Source of the DNA: Ignavibacteriota bacterium
GTDB lineage: Bacteria > Bacteroidota > Ignavibacteria > UBA10030
Length of the DNA: 64,000 nucleotides
Reading direction: 5' to 3'
NCBI GenBank assembly: GCA_963727825.1
Contig: CAVSHO010000010.1
Coordinates: forward strand, 64,001 to 128,000
In this document: piece by piece, positions 30,019-40,910 of the stretch
Layout: each line of letters starts with the position of its first letter
How positions within the stretch are numbered: position 1 is the stretch's first letter
The notes under the pieces: model-generated
Seen by the model: only the letters and a program-made list of their open reading frames with translations
Told to the model about the DNA's origin: nothing
Databases searched by the model: none
Program-made: the position numbers and the translations under genes

Positions 30019-30906
30019 TCAGACCTGTCCTGCTGCGTGATATGAGCTGCGAACCAATGGTCCGGATTCTATATGCCGAAATCCCATCTTCAATCCTTCT
30101 TCCTTCAACATCTTGAATTCATCCGGATGCACATATCTGTCGATTGGTAGATGTTCCTTCGTCGGCTGGAGATATTGTCCCAGGGTTAGAATATCACATG
30201 CCACAGTACGCGCATCTTTTATCACTTCTAATATTTCTTCTGTGTGCTCACCGATACCAAGCATTAATCCTGTCTTTGTTATAAAACCTTTTTGTTTTGC
30301 ACGTTGTAGTACTTCAAGCGATTGCTGATAATTTGCCTGCGGTCTCACTGTTCTATACAATCGAGGAACCGTCTCCAAATTATGATTGAGAATATCCGGC
30401 TTTGAAGCAAGCACGATGTCGAGCGCTTCTTCACTGCCTTTGAAATCCGGTATCAATACTTCTGTCTTACAATATGGAACACGTTCGTGTATGAGTCTGA
30501 CTGTTTCAGCAAATATCGGCGCACCGCCATCCTTGCGCTCATCGCGGTTGACTGATGTGATGACTGCATGTCGAATCTTCATCAGCTCAATTGCTTCTAC
30601 AACGCGGCGCGGTTCATCCCAATCCAATCTATAATCTGGCCGGCCGGTCTTCACAGCACAGAATCCACATGACCCAGTACAAATATCGCCAAGAATCATG
30701 AAAGTTGCAGTACCTAAATTCCAGCACTCTCCCATATTCGGACATCGCGCCTCTTCGCAAACAGTGTGGAGTTTGTGGGAACGCATTATGTCATTGAGAC
30801 GGGCATATTCCGTTCCACCCGGGATTTTTGCTTTAAGCCATTCGGGTCGCTGCTGTCGCGATAGCGGTGCTTTGTTTTCCGTTATATCATGAATATCAGT
30901 TGTCAC
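30019..30906 (-). CDS. lipA: Lipoyl synthase
   Basis: [35 protein letters not shown]. Confidence 0.97.
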   Translation of the reverse strand: MTTDIHDITENKAPLSRQQRPEWLKAKIPGGTEYARLNDIMRSHKLHTVCEEARCPNMGECWNLGTATFMILGDICTGSCGFCAVKTGRPDYRLDWDEPRRVVEAIELMKIRHAVITSVNRDERKDGGAPIFAETVRLIHERVPYCKTEVLIPDFKGSEEALDIVLASKPDILNHNLETVPRLYRTVRPQANYQQSLEVLQRAKQKGFITKTGLMLGIGEHTEEILEVIKDARTVACDILTLGQYLQPTKEHLPIDRYVHPDEFKMLKEEGLKMGFRHIESGPLVRSSYHAAGQV

Positions 30907-32186
30907 TTTTGTACTAATTGAAAATCAAAATGTTCCAGGTGCCATTTTATACGAGACAAACATTGCCCGCCAATAGCGCCATCAATGATACGATGGTCAA
31001 ATGTCAGTGTCAAATAAATCATAGAACGTATCTCAACTACATCTTTGCCCTGATCATCGCTTAATACCATTGGCCTCTTTTTAATTGCACCGAGACCAAG
31101 AATTGCTGTCTGGGGCTGATTGATGATCGGTGTTCCTATTATGCTCCCAAAGATGCCATAATTCGTTATAGAAAATGTTCCATCGACGATATCGTCAGGC
31201 GATAATTTTTTAGCACGGGCACGGGCAGCGACATCTGTCAATGACCCCGCTAAACTTATAAAATCCTTTTCTTCAGCATTGCGCACCACAGGAACAATTA
31301 ATCCGTTCGGTGCGGCAACGGCAATACCAAGATTGATGAAGTTTTTATATATGATCACATCGCCTTCAAGTGAACTGTTGACGATGCAAAATTCCTTCAG
31401 GGCATTTACTGCAGCAAATGCAAAGAAAGGCATATATGTCAATTTAAAGCCTGTCTGTCTTTCGAACTGTTGTAATATACTCAAACGAAACTTCACAATC
31501 TCTGTCAAATCCACTTCATCGATAATAGTCACATGCGGAGAAGTGGATACACTCCGCACCATGTGCTCTGCCATTTTTTTCTGCATATTGTCCAAGCGGA
31601 CGAGGTGATACTTTGGCTCTGGATATTTTTTGTCTAATTCCGAGATATCAATAGCGCGGATGCCGTAGGTTTTTGTAGTATCAGGACGGTTCTTGAGATA
31701 ATTTAAAATGTCCTGTTTTGTGACACGGCCATGCGATCCCGAACCTACAATTTTATCGAGAGCATTCTGTTCAATTCCTTCCTTCTTCGCTATCATTTTT
31801 ACCAGGGGGGAATAGAATCGTTGCCTGTCTTGCTTTTGATTTTGAGCGTGCAACAAGATATTTGATCTGGATACGCTCGTGTCTTCTGAAAAATCCTGTT
31901 CAGCAGCTGCCACTTCAGTTTGACCAGCTGTTTCAATGCCGGCTGATAGATTTGTTTCAACATACGCGATAACCGTCCCCACTGGAACTGTTTGCTGCTC
32001 CTGTATAAGAATTTTTGTCAAAATACCTTGTACCGGTGAAGGAATTTCAGAATCAACCTTATCCGTGCTGATCTCGAGAATCGTTTCTTCTTTCTCGACC
32101 TTTTCGCCTACCTTTTTTATCCAGCGGATTATTGTTCCTTCAAAAATACTTTCACCCATTTTCGGCATGATGATTTCAACTTGCAT
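30903..32186 (-). CDS. Dihydrolipoamide acyltransferase (E2) of a 2-oxoacid dehydrogenase complex
   Basis: Lipoyl domain [13 protein letters not shown]3-binding [12 protein letters not shown], catalytic FDHRIIDG. Start set at ATG 32186. Confidence 0.93.
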   Translation of the reverse strand: MQVEIIMPKMGESIFEGTIIRWIKKVGEKVEKEETILEISTDKVDSEIPSPVQGILTKILIQEQQTVPVGTVIAYVETNLSAGIETAGQTEVAAAEQDFSEDTSVSRSNILLHAQNQKQDRQRFYSPLVKMIAKKEGIEQNALDKIVGSGSHGRVTKQDILNYLKNRPDTTKTYGIRAIDISELDKKYPEPKYHLVRLDNMQKKMAEHMVRSVSTSPHVTIIDEVDLTEIVKFRLSILQQFERQTGFKLTYMPFFAFAAVNALKEFCIVNSSLEGDVIIYKNFINLGIAVAAPNGLIVPVVRNAEEKDFISLAGSLTDVAARARAKKLSPDDIVDGTFSITNYGIFGSIIGTPIINQPQTAILGLGAIKKRPMVLSDDQGKDVVEIRSMIYLTLTFDHRIIDGAIGGQCLSRIKWHLEHFDFQLVQK

Positions 32187-32197
32187 AAGTATTTCTC

Positions 32198-34246
32198 TCA
32201 ATAACGAGCGAGCTGTTCAAGTGCTGCAAGTATTTTTTGTTTGTTAGGCAGAACAGCATCTTCAAGCGGCGGGCTATAAGGTACGGGAGCATCTAAAGCA
32301 GCAATTCGAACAACTGGTGCATCGAGATATTCAAAACAATTCGTAGTTATGAGCGCTGCAATCTCTGCCCCAAATCCACCTGTGAGAGTATCTTCATGAA
32401 TGATTGCAACTCTATTCGTTTTCTTCGCTGATTTGTAGATTGTGTCTTCATCCAGTGGATTCAGTGTGCGCAGGTCAATGACTTCTACGCTCACACCGCT
32501 TGCCTCCATCGTTCGTGCTGCTTCTAATGATTGCTGCACCATTGCTCCATAGGTGATAATTGTTATATCGTTTCCCTCACGCCGTAATGCTGCAACACCA
32601 AACGGCACCATATAATTTGCATCAGGCTCGAGACTGGAAGCATATCCTTGCCGGTACAATGCTTTGTGTTCCATAAAAATCACAGGATCATCTCCGCGAA
32701 TTGCAGATTTCAATAATCCTTTTGCGTCGGCAGCTGTGGATGGAAAAGCCAATCGAATTCCGGGAATATGCGCCATAAATCCTTCGATACTCTGACTGTG
32801 GTAAAGCCCTCCATGAATATATCCGCCAACCGGGACCCTGATTACCATAGGGCAGGACCATGAACCATTTGAACGATAGCGCATCATTGCTAATTCATTC
32901 CTGATCTGCATAAATGCGGGCCAAATATAGTCCCCAAACTGAATTTCTGTAACAGGAGTCCACCCATTTAATGCCATTCCAATTGCAGCGCCGACAATGC
33001 TTGCTTCTGCCAGTTGTGAGTTGAATGTCCGTTCGCTTCCGTATTTTGTCAGCAATCCTTTTGTTGCTGTAAAAACTCCGCCTTTTCCATCGGCAATATC
33101 TTCGCCGAACGTTACCATCTTTGGATTGGTTCCCATTTCTTCGTCCAAAGCATGGTTGATGGCATCTATCATAACAATTCTGTTTCCCGTATGTGTTGGC
33201 TCAACAAATTCCTTCGGCGGATGAGTGTAAGAGCTTCCATAGAGATTATACAAAACTGTTGAAGGATCCGGAAGCGATTGACTTTCTGCCCATTCTGCGG
33301 CATCATCGACGGTGCGCTTCACTTCTTCCTTCATCTTACGTGCTTCATCATCAAGCAAATATCCTTGCTCCATAAGGAAGCGAGCTAATCTTGGAATTGG
33401 ATCGCGCTGACGATCTAGCTCTATGTCTTCTGCTGTACGATATTTGCGATGATCGTCTGACGAGGAATGCGGCAGAAGACGAACGACATGTGCATGAATC
33501 AATGCTGGACCATTGTTTCCTCGCGCACGCTGCACAGCTTTTTGCATAGCCACGTATGTTTCTACGATATCAGTACCATCACATTGAAAACGTTCAAGCC
33601 CTTTGAAACCCTTTGTCACTTCGTAAATCGAACCACCGGCGGTCTGGGCAGTCACAGGAACCGAAATTGCTAGTTTGTTATCCTGAATAAAGAAAATCAC
33701 AGGCAGCGCTTCACGCGCTGCCCAGTTTATCGCCTCAAAAAATTCACCTTCGCTTGTCGCCCCTTCTCCGGAAGAGACATAGATGACCTCATTCAACTTT
33801 TCTTTCTTGACTGTTAGCGCAACTCCAACCGCTTGTAGAAATTGCGTTCCCGTGGGGCTGGACTGCGCAATAATTCGCAGCTGCTTCTTATTAAAATGCC
33901 CCGGCATTTGTCGAGCTCCACTCGCTGGGTCGTCTTCACGATGGAATGCAGCAAGAAAAATATCTTCCGGTGTCAAACCATATTGAAGAACAAAGGCCTG
34001 GTCACGGTAATAAGGAAAAGCCCAGTCGTATCCCGGCTGTAATGCCGCTGCTGCCGCAATTTGTGCTGCTTCATGCCCTGCTCCCCCGATGTGGAAAAAA
34101 GACTTCCCTTGTTTCAGGATCATTAATTGCTTTTCATCAATCCGACGGGAAAGAAGCATAATTCGATATGCATGAATCAAATCTTCTTTAGACAATCCAA
34201 TGACATGCACATCACTTGTTTTTCCTGGTTGCGTCGCACCTCTCAC
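32198..34246 (-). CDS. Fused E1 alpha/beta 2-oxoacid dehydrogenase (probably branched-chain/2-oxoisovalerate)
   Basis: TPP motif GEGATSEG...N, HSSSDD, and a beta domain with GEDI, EIQFGDY, GGLYHSQ. Confidence 0.9.
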   Translation of the reverse strand: MRGATQPGKTSDVHVIGLSKEDLIHAYRIMLLSRRIDEKQLMILKQGKSFFHIGGAGHEAAQIAAAAALQPGYDWAFPYYRDQAFVLQYGLTPEDIFLAAFHREDDPASGARQMPGHFNKKQLRIIAQSSPTGTQFLQAVGVALTVKKEKLNEVIYVSSGEGATSEGEFFEAINWAAREALPVIFFIQDNKLAISVPVTAQTAGGSIYEVTKGFKGLERFQCDGTDIVETYVAMQKAVQRARGNNGPALIHAHVVRLLPHSSSDDHRKYRTAEDIELDRQRDPIPRLARFLMEQGYLLDDEARKMKEEVKRTVDDAAEWAESQSLPDPSTVLYNLYGSSYTHPPKEFVEPTHTGNRIVMIDAINHALDEEMGTNPKMVTFGEDIADGKGGVFTATKGLLTKYGSERTFNSQLAEASIVGAAIGMALNGWTPVTEIQFGDYIWPAFMQIRNELAMMRYRSNGSWSCPMVIRVPVGGYIHGGLYHSQSIEGFMAHIPGIRLAFPSTAADAKGLLKSAIRGDDPVIFMEHKALYRQGYASSLEPDANYMVPFGVAALRREGNDITIITYGAMVQQSLEAARTMEASGVSVEVIDLRTLNPLDEDTIYKSAKKTNRVAIIHEDTLTGGFGAEIAALITTNCFEYLDAPVVRIAALDAPVPYSPPLEDAVLPNKQKILAALEQLARY

Positions 34247-34295
34247 GTCTGCTGAGGCTCCTTAAAAGTCATGAACAAACTTTATTGCTGATATC

Positions 34296-35033
34296 TCAAT
34301 CAACTGGCATACTCCGAGACAATTTATTCTCTTTGTACAGACATGGATGAAATTCCATAACCGTCGAGCTCAATTTTTCTCTTTCTATCCAATTAGGTTG
34401 ACATTCAAACACATCCGCAAAAGATTTCACTATCGACTTCTGGACAGATTCGATGGAAACTTCTCGATCCATCGTTCGCTGCATCGATGTTACGCCTTTA
34501 TGAAAGATGCCGCATGGAATGATTCGATCGAATTTCGATAAATCTGTATTAACATTGAGTGCGAATCCATGCATTGTTATCCATCGGTTCACCTTCACTC
34601 CGATGGCAGCTATCTTCTCGTTGTTCACCCAAACACCCGTCAAGTCTTTTTCCCGCTGCCCATAAATTCCGAAAGCAGCAAGCGCACGGATAATCACTTC
34701 TTCCAGGCTACGCAAATAGCGATGAATATCTAAAAAGTAATTATGAAGATCGATGATGGGATAACAGACAATCTGTCCGGGACCGTGGTACGTGATATCG
34801 CCGCCACGATCAATATGGAAAACTTCCGTACCAGAAATTTTTAGTTCTCCATCTGATGCCAGCAGATGATTGTCGTTCGTTGATTTGCCGAGGGTATAGA
34901 CATGTTCATGCTCGGTCAAAAGGAGTATATCCTGGATGCTGTTCGAATGCCGTAAAGTCCATACGTCTTGTTGAAGCTTCCACACCTCTGCGTACCGTGT
35001 GCGACCAAGGTTAGAAATAAGAAGAGGGATCAA
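34296..35033 (-). CDS. lipB: Octanoyltransferase LipB
   Basis: EHEHVYTLG, RGGDITYHGPGQ, KIAAIG, HGFALN, IIPCG. Confidence 0.96.
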   Translation of the reverse strand: MIPLLISNLGRTRYAEVWKLQQDVWTLRHSNSIQDILLLTEHEHVYTLGKSTNDNHLLASDGELKISGTEVFHIDRGGDITYHGPGQIVCYPIIDLHNYFLDIHRYLRSLEEVIIRALAAFGIYGQREKDLTGVWVNNEKIAAIGVKVNRWITMHGFALNVNTDLSKFDRIIPCGIFHKGVTSMQRTMDREVSIESVQKSIVKSFADVFECQPNWIEREKLSSTVMEFHPCLYKENKLSRSMPVD

Positions 35034-35054
35034 TATACTTCTCTTACTATATTT

Positions 35055-36449
35055 TTATATATGAATCGCAACATCAAATGCTTGCCCTGCTGCTTCCATA
35101 ACTGCTTCTGATAATGTTGGATGTGCATGCATCGTATTGTGCAGTTCTTCCCACGTTGTCTCAAGAGCTTTGGCAATTCCAAGTTCTGCAATTATTTCTG
35201 TCGCTTCAGAACAAATAATATGCGCACCGAGCAGTTCGCTGTACTTTTCATCAAAAATCAGTTTCACAGTTCCCTCAGTTTCGCCGATTGCCATTGCTTT
35301 CCCGAGAGGACGAAAAGGAAAACGTCCAATTTTTACTTTGTATCCTTTTGCAATTGCCGCATCTTCAGTTAATCCAACACTTGCAACTTGCGGCTGGCAA
35401 TATGTGCAGCTTGGAATATTTGTTTTATCGATGCCATGTTTCGCTTTTCCTGCAATGTGATCGATCGATATAATTCCTTCATGCGATGCAACATGTGCAA
35501 GCAACGGGGGCCCTGCTACATCGCCGACTGCATAGATCCCGTCTATATTCGTTTTCCCAAATTCATTCACTGCAATAAAGCCGCGATCTGTTTTAATGCC
35601 GAGTGCTTCTAATCCGAGATTTTCTACATTTGCCTGAACGCCAACAGCCATCAACGCTATGTCCGCAATGATGTCTTTCTTCCCTTCCTGATCAGAAACC
35701 GTTACTGTAACGATATCATCGATTTTCACACCCTCAACCTTTGTACTTGTGAGAATATCAATACCAGATTTCTTCAAACTTGCATCGAGAATCTTAGTGA
35801 TCTCTTTATCCTCCATCGGTAGAATTGATGGCAGCATCTCCACAATCGTCACTTTTGTGCCGAAAGAATTATAGAAGTAAGCAAATTCGACACCTATGGC
35901 ACCGCCGCCAATGATGATCATCGACTTAGGTTGCTCCGGCAATGTCATTGCTTCGGAACTTGTAATAATCTTTTTCCGGTCTATGGTAATTCCTGGAAGT
36001 GGGCGCGGTCTGCCGCCGGTTGCAATAACAATATTCTTCGTTTTTATAGTATCGGTGATCTTGCCGTCTTTTGTTACTTCAATCGAATTTCTTCCAGTCA
36101 GTTTTGCAGTTCCAGAGACAATTTCAATTTTATTCTTCCTCATTAGGTACTCAACACCTTTGGAAACGCGATTAGCAATTCCGCGGCTTCGTGCAATAAT
36201 TTTAGGAAAATCGTAAGACAACCCAGTATGAGTTATTCCGAACTCTTGCGATTTCTTAAAAGCATTATAAAGTTCCGCACTCTTAAGCAACGCTTTCGAT
36301 GGAATACATCCCCAATTTAGGCACACACCGCCAAGCTTTTCCCGTTCAATTAAACCGACTTTCATGCCCAGCTGAGCGGCACGAATTGCAGCCACATATC
36401 CTCCAGGACCGCCGCCAATCACTGTCACATCATATTGCCGTTCTGCCAT
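35055..36449 (-). CDS. lpdA: Dihydrolipoyl dehydrogenase (E3)
   Basis: GGGPGGY, GGVCLNWGCIPSK, HPTLSE. Confidence 0.97.
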   Translation of the reverse strand: MAERQYDVTVIGGGPGGYVAAIRAAQLGMKVGLIEREKLGGVCLNWGCIPSKALLKSAELYNAFKKSQEFGITHTGLSYDFPKIIARSRGIANRVSKGVEYLMRKNKIEIVSGTAKLTGRNSIEVTKDGKITDTIKTKNIVIATGGRPRPLPGITIDRKKIITSSEAMTLPEQPKSMIIIGGGAIGVEFAYFYNSFGTKVTIVEMLPSILPMEDKEITKILDASLKKSGIDILTSTKVEGVKIDDIVTVTVSDQEGKKDIIADIALMAVGVQANVENLGLEALGIKTDRGFIAVNEFGKTNIDGIYAVGDVAGPPLLAHVASHEGIISIDHIAGKAKHGIDKTNIPSCTYCQPQVASVGLTEDAAIAKGYKVKIGRFPFRPLGKAMAIGETEGTVKLIFDEKYSELLGAHIICSEATEIIAELGIAKALETTWEELHNTMHAHPTLSEAVMEAAGQAFDVAIHI

Positions 36450-36801
36450 AGGATTTCTTCCAAATGAGAAGGTTTCGACCGTTTCTTAATAATATAGCCA
36501 GAAATGCCCCGAAAGGCAAAACAGCCAATCGCGCCACTTCATGTATTCTCGTTTATTAACGATTAATAATGGCATCTAAGTTCCCTTCCATGATCGATAT
36601 TATTTTTTGCAATCATCACGAAATTGTTGCTTTTCGACAACAAGCGAACCTCGCAACGATAACCTACTAAGCACCGGCGAATTTGATTCCCATCATCATT
36701 ACACATCCAATATTAGAATAAATATTTCCCATAATTTAATTTTCGATTTCCGATTGATTCTTTTTTACTTTTCAGGTATGTTAAAATAAAAATATAAGCG
36801 G

Positions 36802-37263
36802 ATGTCTGAAGCACCACAGCGCATTTCCATAAGCAACCGCAAAGCGCGGCACGAATATTTTATTCTCGAAGCGTTGGAAGCTGGTATTGTTCTCACCGGC
36901 ACCGAGGTAAAATCGTTACGCAAAGGCAATGCAAATTTACAGGATAGTTATGCTGAATTGCGTAGCGGTGAAGTGTGGTTGGAAGGAATGCATATAAGTC
37001 CATACGAGCAAGGCAACATCAATAATCATGATCCTCGCCGTAGACGGAAGCTCCTCTTACAAAAGAAACAAATACGTAAGCTTATCGTCGGGATGAAGGA
37101 AAAAGGATTGACACTCATTCCATTGTCGGTATATTTTAAAGGACCCTACGCAAAAGTCGAGCTGGCATTGGCGCGCGGCAAGAAGAGTTATGATAAGCGT
37201 GATGCAATTGCCAAACGTGATGCAGAGCGTGACATTGCAAGAGCGAGAAGGAGTAGAACTTAA
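36802..37263 (+). CDS. smpB: SsrA-binding protein SmpB
   Basis: NRKARHEY, EAGIVLTGTEVKSLR, RKLLL, GKKSYDKR. Confidence 0.97.
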   Translation: MSEAPQRISISNRKARHEYFILEALEAGIVLTGTEVKSLRKGNANLQDSYAELRSGEVWLEGMHISPYEQGNINNHDPRRRRKLLLQKKQIRKLIVGMKEKGLTLIPLSVYFKGPYAKVELALARGKKSYDKRDAIAKRDAERDIARARRSRT

Positions 37264-37266
37264 GAA

Positions 37267-38472
37267 TTGTTCCCAACCATTAATGAACAAATGGATGTTA
37301 TCAAGCGCGGTGCTTCGGAAATCATTCCGGAAGAAGACCTCGTCAAAAAGCTTGAGCACTCCATCAAAACAAATAAACCACTCAACATCAAACTTGGCTG
37401 CGACCCAAGCCGTCCTGATTTACATTTAGGTCATTCTGTTGTTCTTAGAAAACTTCGGCAGTTTCAGGATCTCGGTCATATTGCAATTCTCATCATCGGC
37501 GATTTTACTGGAATGATTGGCGATCCTTCGGGAAAGAGCAAGACACGGCCATCGTTGACACTTGAAGAAACACATCGTAACGGTCAATCTTATTTCGAAC
37601 AAGCGGAAAAAATACTTTCTAAACAAAGAGTATCGATGCAATATAATTCTGATTGGTTGAACAAAATGAGCTTTGCGGATGTTATTCGACTCGCCAGCAA
37701 GTACACAGTAGCTCGGATGTTGGAGCGGGATGATTTTACAGTTCGCTACAAAGCAGGCGAGCCAATCAGCGTACACGAATTTCTCTATCCCCTGGCACAA
37801 GCTATGGATTCGGTTGCTATCCATTCAGATGTCGAGCTTGGAGGAACAGATCAAAAATTCAATCTTTTAGTCGGAAGGGATATTCAGCGGGAATATAGTC
37901 AGGAACCGCAGGTTATTTTGACTATGCCGATCCTTGTTGGTACTGACGGTGTCGAGAAAATGAGCAAATCGTTAGATAACTATATTGGCATAAGCGATTC
38001 ACCGAAGGAAATATTTGGAAAAACGCTTAGCATTCCTGACAAATTGATTTACCAGTATTTTGAATTGGTCACAGATGTACCGAAGTTGGAATTAGCCGGA
38101 ATCAAATCCTCTTTAGAGGATATAAAAAATAATCCGCGGGATATAAAACGGCAACTTGCACGAACGCTTGTGCGGATGTATCATTCTCAGATTTCAGCGG
38201 ATGATGCTGAAAAAGAATTTGACAAGATATTTATTCAAAAAAGTATTCCGGACAATATTGAAGAATTCAAACTGATTAAATCAATCAATATTATTGCTTT
38301 GATGACTGAGGCAAAACTTGCTGTTTCAAAAGGCGAAGCGCGGCGGCTCGTCGATCAAGGCGGTGTCAGCATCGATGATGAGCGAGTTACCGATCCCAAC
38401 ATGCTCGTGCCGGATAAGGACGAGTTTATACTCAAAGTCGGGAAGCGGCGTTTTCTAAAAGTTAAACGTTAA
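37267..38472 (+). CDS. tyrS: Tyrosine--tRNA ligase
   Basis: [27 protein letters not shown]-terminal S4-like domain. Confidence 0.97.
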   Translation: MFPTINEQMDVIKRGASEIIPEEDLVKKLEHSIKTNKPLNIKLGCDPSRPDLHLGHSVVLRKLRQFQDLGHIAILIIGDFTGMIGDPSGKSKTRPSLTLEETHRNGQSYFEQAEKILSKQRVSMQYNSDWLNKMSFADVIRLASKYTVARMLERDDFTVRYKAGEPISVHEFLYPLAQAMDSVAIHSDVELGGTDQKFNLLVGRDIQREYSQEPQVILTMPILVGTDGVEKMSKSLDNYIGISDSPKEIFGKTLSIPDKLIYQYFELVTDVPKLELAGIKSSLEDIKNNPRDIKRQLARTLVRMYHSQISADDAEKEFDKIFIQKSIPDNIEEFKLIKSINIIALMTEAKLAVSKGEARRLVDQGGVSIDDERVTDPNMLVPDKDEFILKVGKRRFLKVKR

Positions 38473-38500
38473 TTATTCACTATTTGGCGGAGAAAATAAA

Positions 38501-39046
38501 TTGTTCACCCCCACTAAAATATTTTTCACAAAAGGCGTTGGACGCCATAGAGATTACCTGCAATCTTTTGAACTTGCCTTACGCGACGCAGGAATTGAAA
38601 TCTGTAATCTCGTTTCTGTTTCCAGCATATATCCGCCAGGCTGCAAACGTATTCCGAAGGATGAAGGCATCAAGCAATTAAGCTCAGGTCAAATTACTTT
38701 TTGTGTGATGGCACGTAATGCTACAAACGAACCCAATCGTCTCATAGCCGCGTCGATCGGAGTTGCACAGCCTGCCGACGATTCTGTTTATGGATATCTT
38801 TCAGAGCACCATCCTTTTGGCGAGACCGATGAGCGTGCCGGTGAGTATGCAGAAGACCTTGCAGCTTCCATGCTTGCTACAACACTTGGAGTGCAGTTTG
38901 ATCCGAATACTGAATGGGATGAGCGGGAAAAAATATTCAAAATGTCCGGCAAGATTGTCCGCACATTCAACGTAACTCAATCTGCCGAAGGCGATAAGAA
39001 TGGTTTATGGACGTCGGTAGTTGCGGCTGCGATGTTACTACCGTAG
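38501..39046 (+). CDS. pdaD: Pyruvoyl-dependent arginine decarboxylase
   Basis: [19 protein letters not shown] (Ser-Ser cleavage site), YGYLSEHH. Confidence 0.9.
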   Translation: MFTPTKIFFTKGVGRHRDYLQSFELALRDAGIEICNLVSVSSIYPPGCKRIPKDEGIKQLSSGQITFCVMARNATNEPNRLIAASIGVAQPADDSVYGYLSEHHPFGETDERAGEYAEDLAASMLATTLGVQFDPNTEWDEREKIFKMSGKIVRTFNVTQSAEGDKNGLWTSVVAAAMLLP

Positions 39047-39198
39047 CATCCGTTTGCTAATTAAATCCCACATTTGCACTCGTACCATGTTATCATCGCT
39101 TGCAGTGCCATCTTAGACATCCCGCTACATTAGAATTAATATTGAAAGCGGGTTAGAATAGCCGCAAGCTAGGCAGTAAAAGGTTTATATAGTTGCTA

Positions 39199-39555
39199 TT
39201 ATTTTGCCAATAGCCAATGTATAGCAGCCGATTTGTCAGGGAAGACCTTAAGCAATGCACCGCGATTTATTGCAGTATTTTCGAAAAATTTATTCTTAAA
39301 CACTTTTTGATATACAATCGCTATTTTGACATTGCGAAGAACAGATGCAATATATTCCCCAAGGTCAAAGCGATCCATCTCCGGTGGAGGCCCTGAAACT
39401 AGAGACAAATCAGCTAAAACACGACTACATCTGTAATTCTTTATTTCAGCAGGGACTGTGTCGATGAAAGCCTTCAATTCATCTGTAATCCACTTTCCAG
39501 TAACCGTGCAAGCCAGATAGTCAGATTCCGATTGGAAATCGATCGATAAGTTCAT
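39199..39555 (-). CDS. Small hypothetical protein, STAS/SpoIIAA-like fold
   Basis: 118 aa after an AAAGGAG RBS. VLADL, KIAIV, FFENTAINRG and F.D...A..WL pattern. Confidence 0.6.
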   Translation of the reverse strand: MNLSIDFQSESDYLACTVTGKWITDELKAFIDTVPAEIKNYRCSRVLADLSLVSGPPPEMDRFDLGEYIASVLRNVKIAIVYQKVFKNKFFENTAINRGALLKVFPDKSAAIHWLLAK

Positions 39556-39572
39556 TACTAGCTCCTTTCGCT

Positions 39573-39639
39573 GCCTAACGGATAGCATTTAAGTCCCGAT
39601 TCGGCAAATTAATATTTCCCAATCAAATCGTTGTTAGCC
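39573..39639 (-). other. attC-like site upstream of the 39199-39555 gene
   Basis: Minus strand GGCTAAC...(53 nt, imperfect hairpin)...GTTAGGC, then 17 nt containing the RBS, then ATG. Confidence 0.4.
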
Positions 39640-39655
39640 AGAAGCCTGAAATTGT

Positions 39656-39674
39656 AATCCCGTCTTGCGGGATT
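39656..39674. repeat. Short palindrome related to the hairpin in the tRNA-Gln copies
   Basis: AATCCCG-TCTTG-CGGGATT versus ATCCCG-CTTTG-CGGGA at about 10869. Confidence 0.5.
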
Positions 39675-39775
39675 TTTATTTCGTTTTTATTTATGTCATG
39701 AATTCTATTTCTAAAGATGTGTTTCCTATTGTTTTCAGAACAGATTTCGTTCTTATAATTATTTTCATTTTTTGG

Positions 39776-40627
39776 TCAAATACTGAAATCGATTGGAGCA
39801 CCAGTCAATTCTTTCGGACGTACCGTGACTTTGCTTTCTTGATAGACAGATGAAAAAGGTGGTACGCTCGCTGTAAGCCAAACATTGCCTCCGATTACGC
39901 TATGACGGCCAACAACAGTCTCCCCGCCGAGAATAATTGCTTGTGCATAAATCACCACATTATCTTCAATGGTTGGATGGCGTTTTGATTTAGCAAACTT
40001 TTTGTCCACGCTCAGCGCCCCAAGTGTCACGCCTTGATACATTTTAACGTTATCACCAATGATTGAAGATTCACCAATTACAATACCTGTTCCATGATCA
40101 ATTGCAAATGACGAACCAATTTGCGCACCCGGATGAATATCAATTCCGGTCATTTGATGAGCATATTCTGTGATCAAGCGCGGGAATATCGGAACATGCA
40201 TTAAATAAAATTCATGCGCTAAGCGATAATACGCTATAGCTGTGAATCCTGGATATGCAAGTATGACTTCATCAATACTCTCTGCGGCCGGATCACCACT
40301 AGTGATTGCTTCAGCATCAAGCCAGAGTTTGTCGTGAATATTTGGAAGCGCAAGCATAAACTGCGTCACTATCGAATCCAAATTTAAAGGCATACCTTTC
40401 AATATTGGAATAAGCAAGCGTTTTAAATCACGTTCTAACAATACAAGGCGCGATTCAATTTCCTCCGTTGTATAGAATCCTTCCTTGCAAAAGTGTGGAA
40501 ATAAAACGGCAAGCATATTATCAATAAATTCTTGAGTCCCCTTTTTCATCTGGAATCCTAAAGAATGATCGTCGCGCCGTTCTTTCAAGGTTTTTGCGAA
40601 CTCGTTATATTTCATTTCGGTATTCAT
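39776..40627 (-). CDS. cysE: Serine O-acetyltransferase (EpsC-type CysE)
   Basis: GDPAA..EVILAYPG, TGIDIHPGA, IDHGTGIVIGE, YQGVTLGA, KRHPT. Confidence 0.95.
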   Translation of the reverse strand: MNTEMKYNEFAKTLKERRDDHSLGFQMKKGTQEFIDNMLAVLFPHFCKEGFYTTEEIESRLVLLERDLKRLLIPILKGMPLNLDSIVTQFMLALPNIHDKLWLDAEAITSGDPAAESIDEVILAYPGFTAIAYYRLAHEFYLMHVPIFPRLITEYAHQMTGIDIHPGAQIGSSFAIDHGTGIVIGESSIIGDNVKMYQGVTLGALSVDKKFAKSKRHPTIEDNVVIYAQAIILGGETVVGRHSVIGGNVWLTASVPPFSSVYQESKVTVRPKELTGAPIDFSI

Positions 40628-40693
40628 TTCTTATCCTTTTCAAATTAAATAATGTAATAGTAATAATGCATTATATTTCAAATAGGTTCCAAT

Positions 40694-40732
40694 AAAAAAG
40701 CTCATCCTGATTAATCTGGACGAGCTTTTTTT
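40694..40732 (-). terminator. Intrinsic terminator in the cysE leader (attenuator)
   Basis: Minus strand AGCTCGTCC-AGATTAATCA-GGATGAGCT followed by a T run, about 65 nt before the cysE ATG. Confidence 0.8.
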
Positions 40733-40755
40733 CATAAAAACAAAATTATAAATAT

Positions 40756-40869
40756 TCACAGCGTTTGTTTGTAATTGGCTCGTCCATTCATAGAAAAGCG
40801 ACAACAATTACACTGAAGCAGTTTTTTAACTTCATTTCCTTCAATATATTGCGAATTAATAATCTTCAT
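40756..40869 (-). CDS. Putative Cys-rich leader peptide of cysE
   Basis: MKIINSQYIEGNEVKKLLQCNCCRFSMNGRANYKQTL* (37 aa). Contains TGGACGAGC, complementary to the terminator 5' arm. Confidence 0.6.
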   Translation of the reverse strand: MKIINSQYIEGNEVKKLLQCNCCRFSMNGRANYKQTL

Positions 40870-40910
40870 ATCGAAATCTACTAGAAGCTATCTTAAAAAT
40901 ACTATTCGCT

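Noticed and set aside
36450-36800. tmRNA (ssrA) next to smpB
   Set aside because: No GGGG 5' end, tRNA-Ala-like 3' end or tag reading frame was found.
40788-40835. Alternative leader ORF MKLKNCFSVIVVAFL*
   Set aside because: It has only one Cys, and its Val/Ile content does not fit cysE. It is kept only as a possible true start if the A-run is miscalled.
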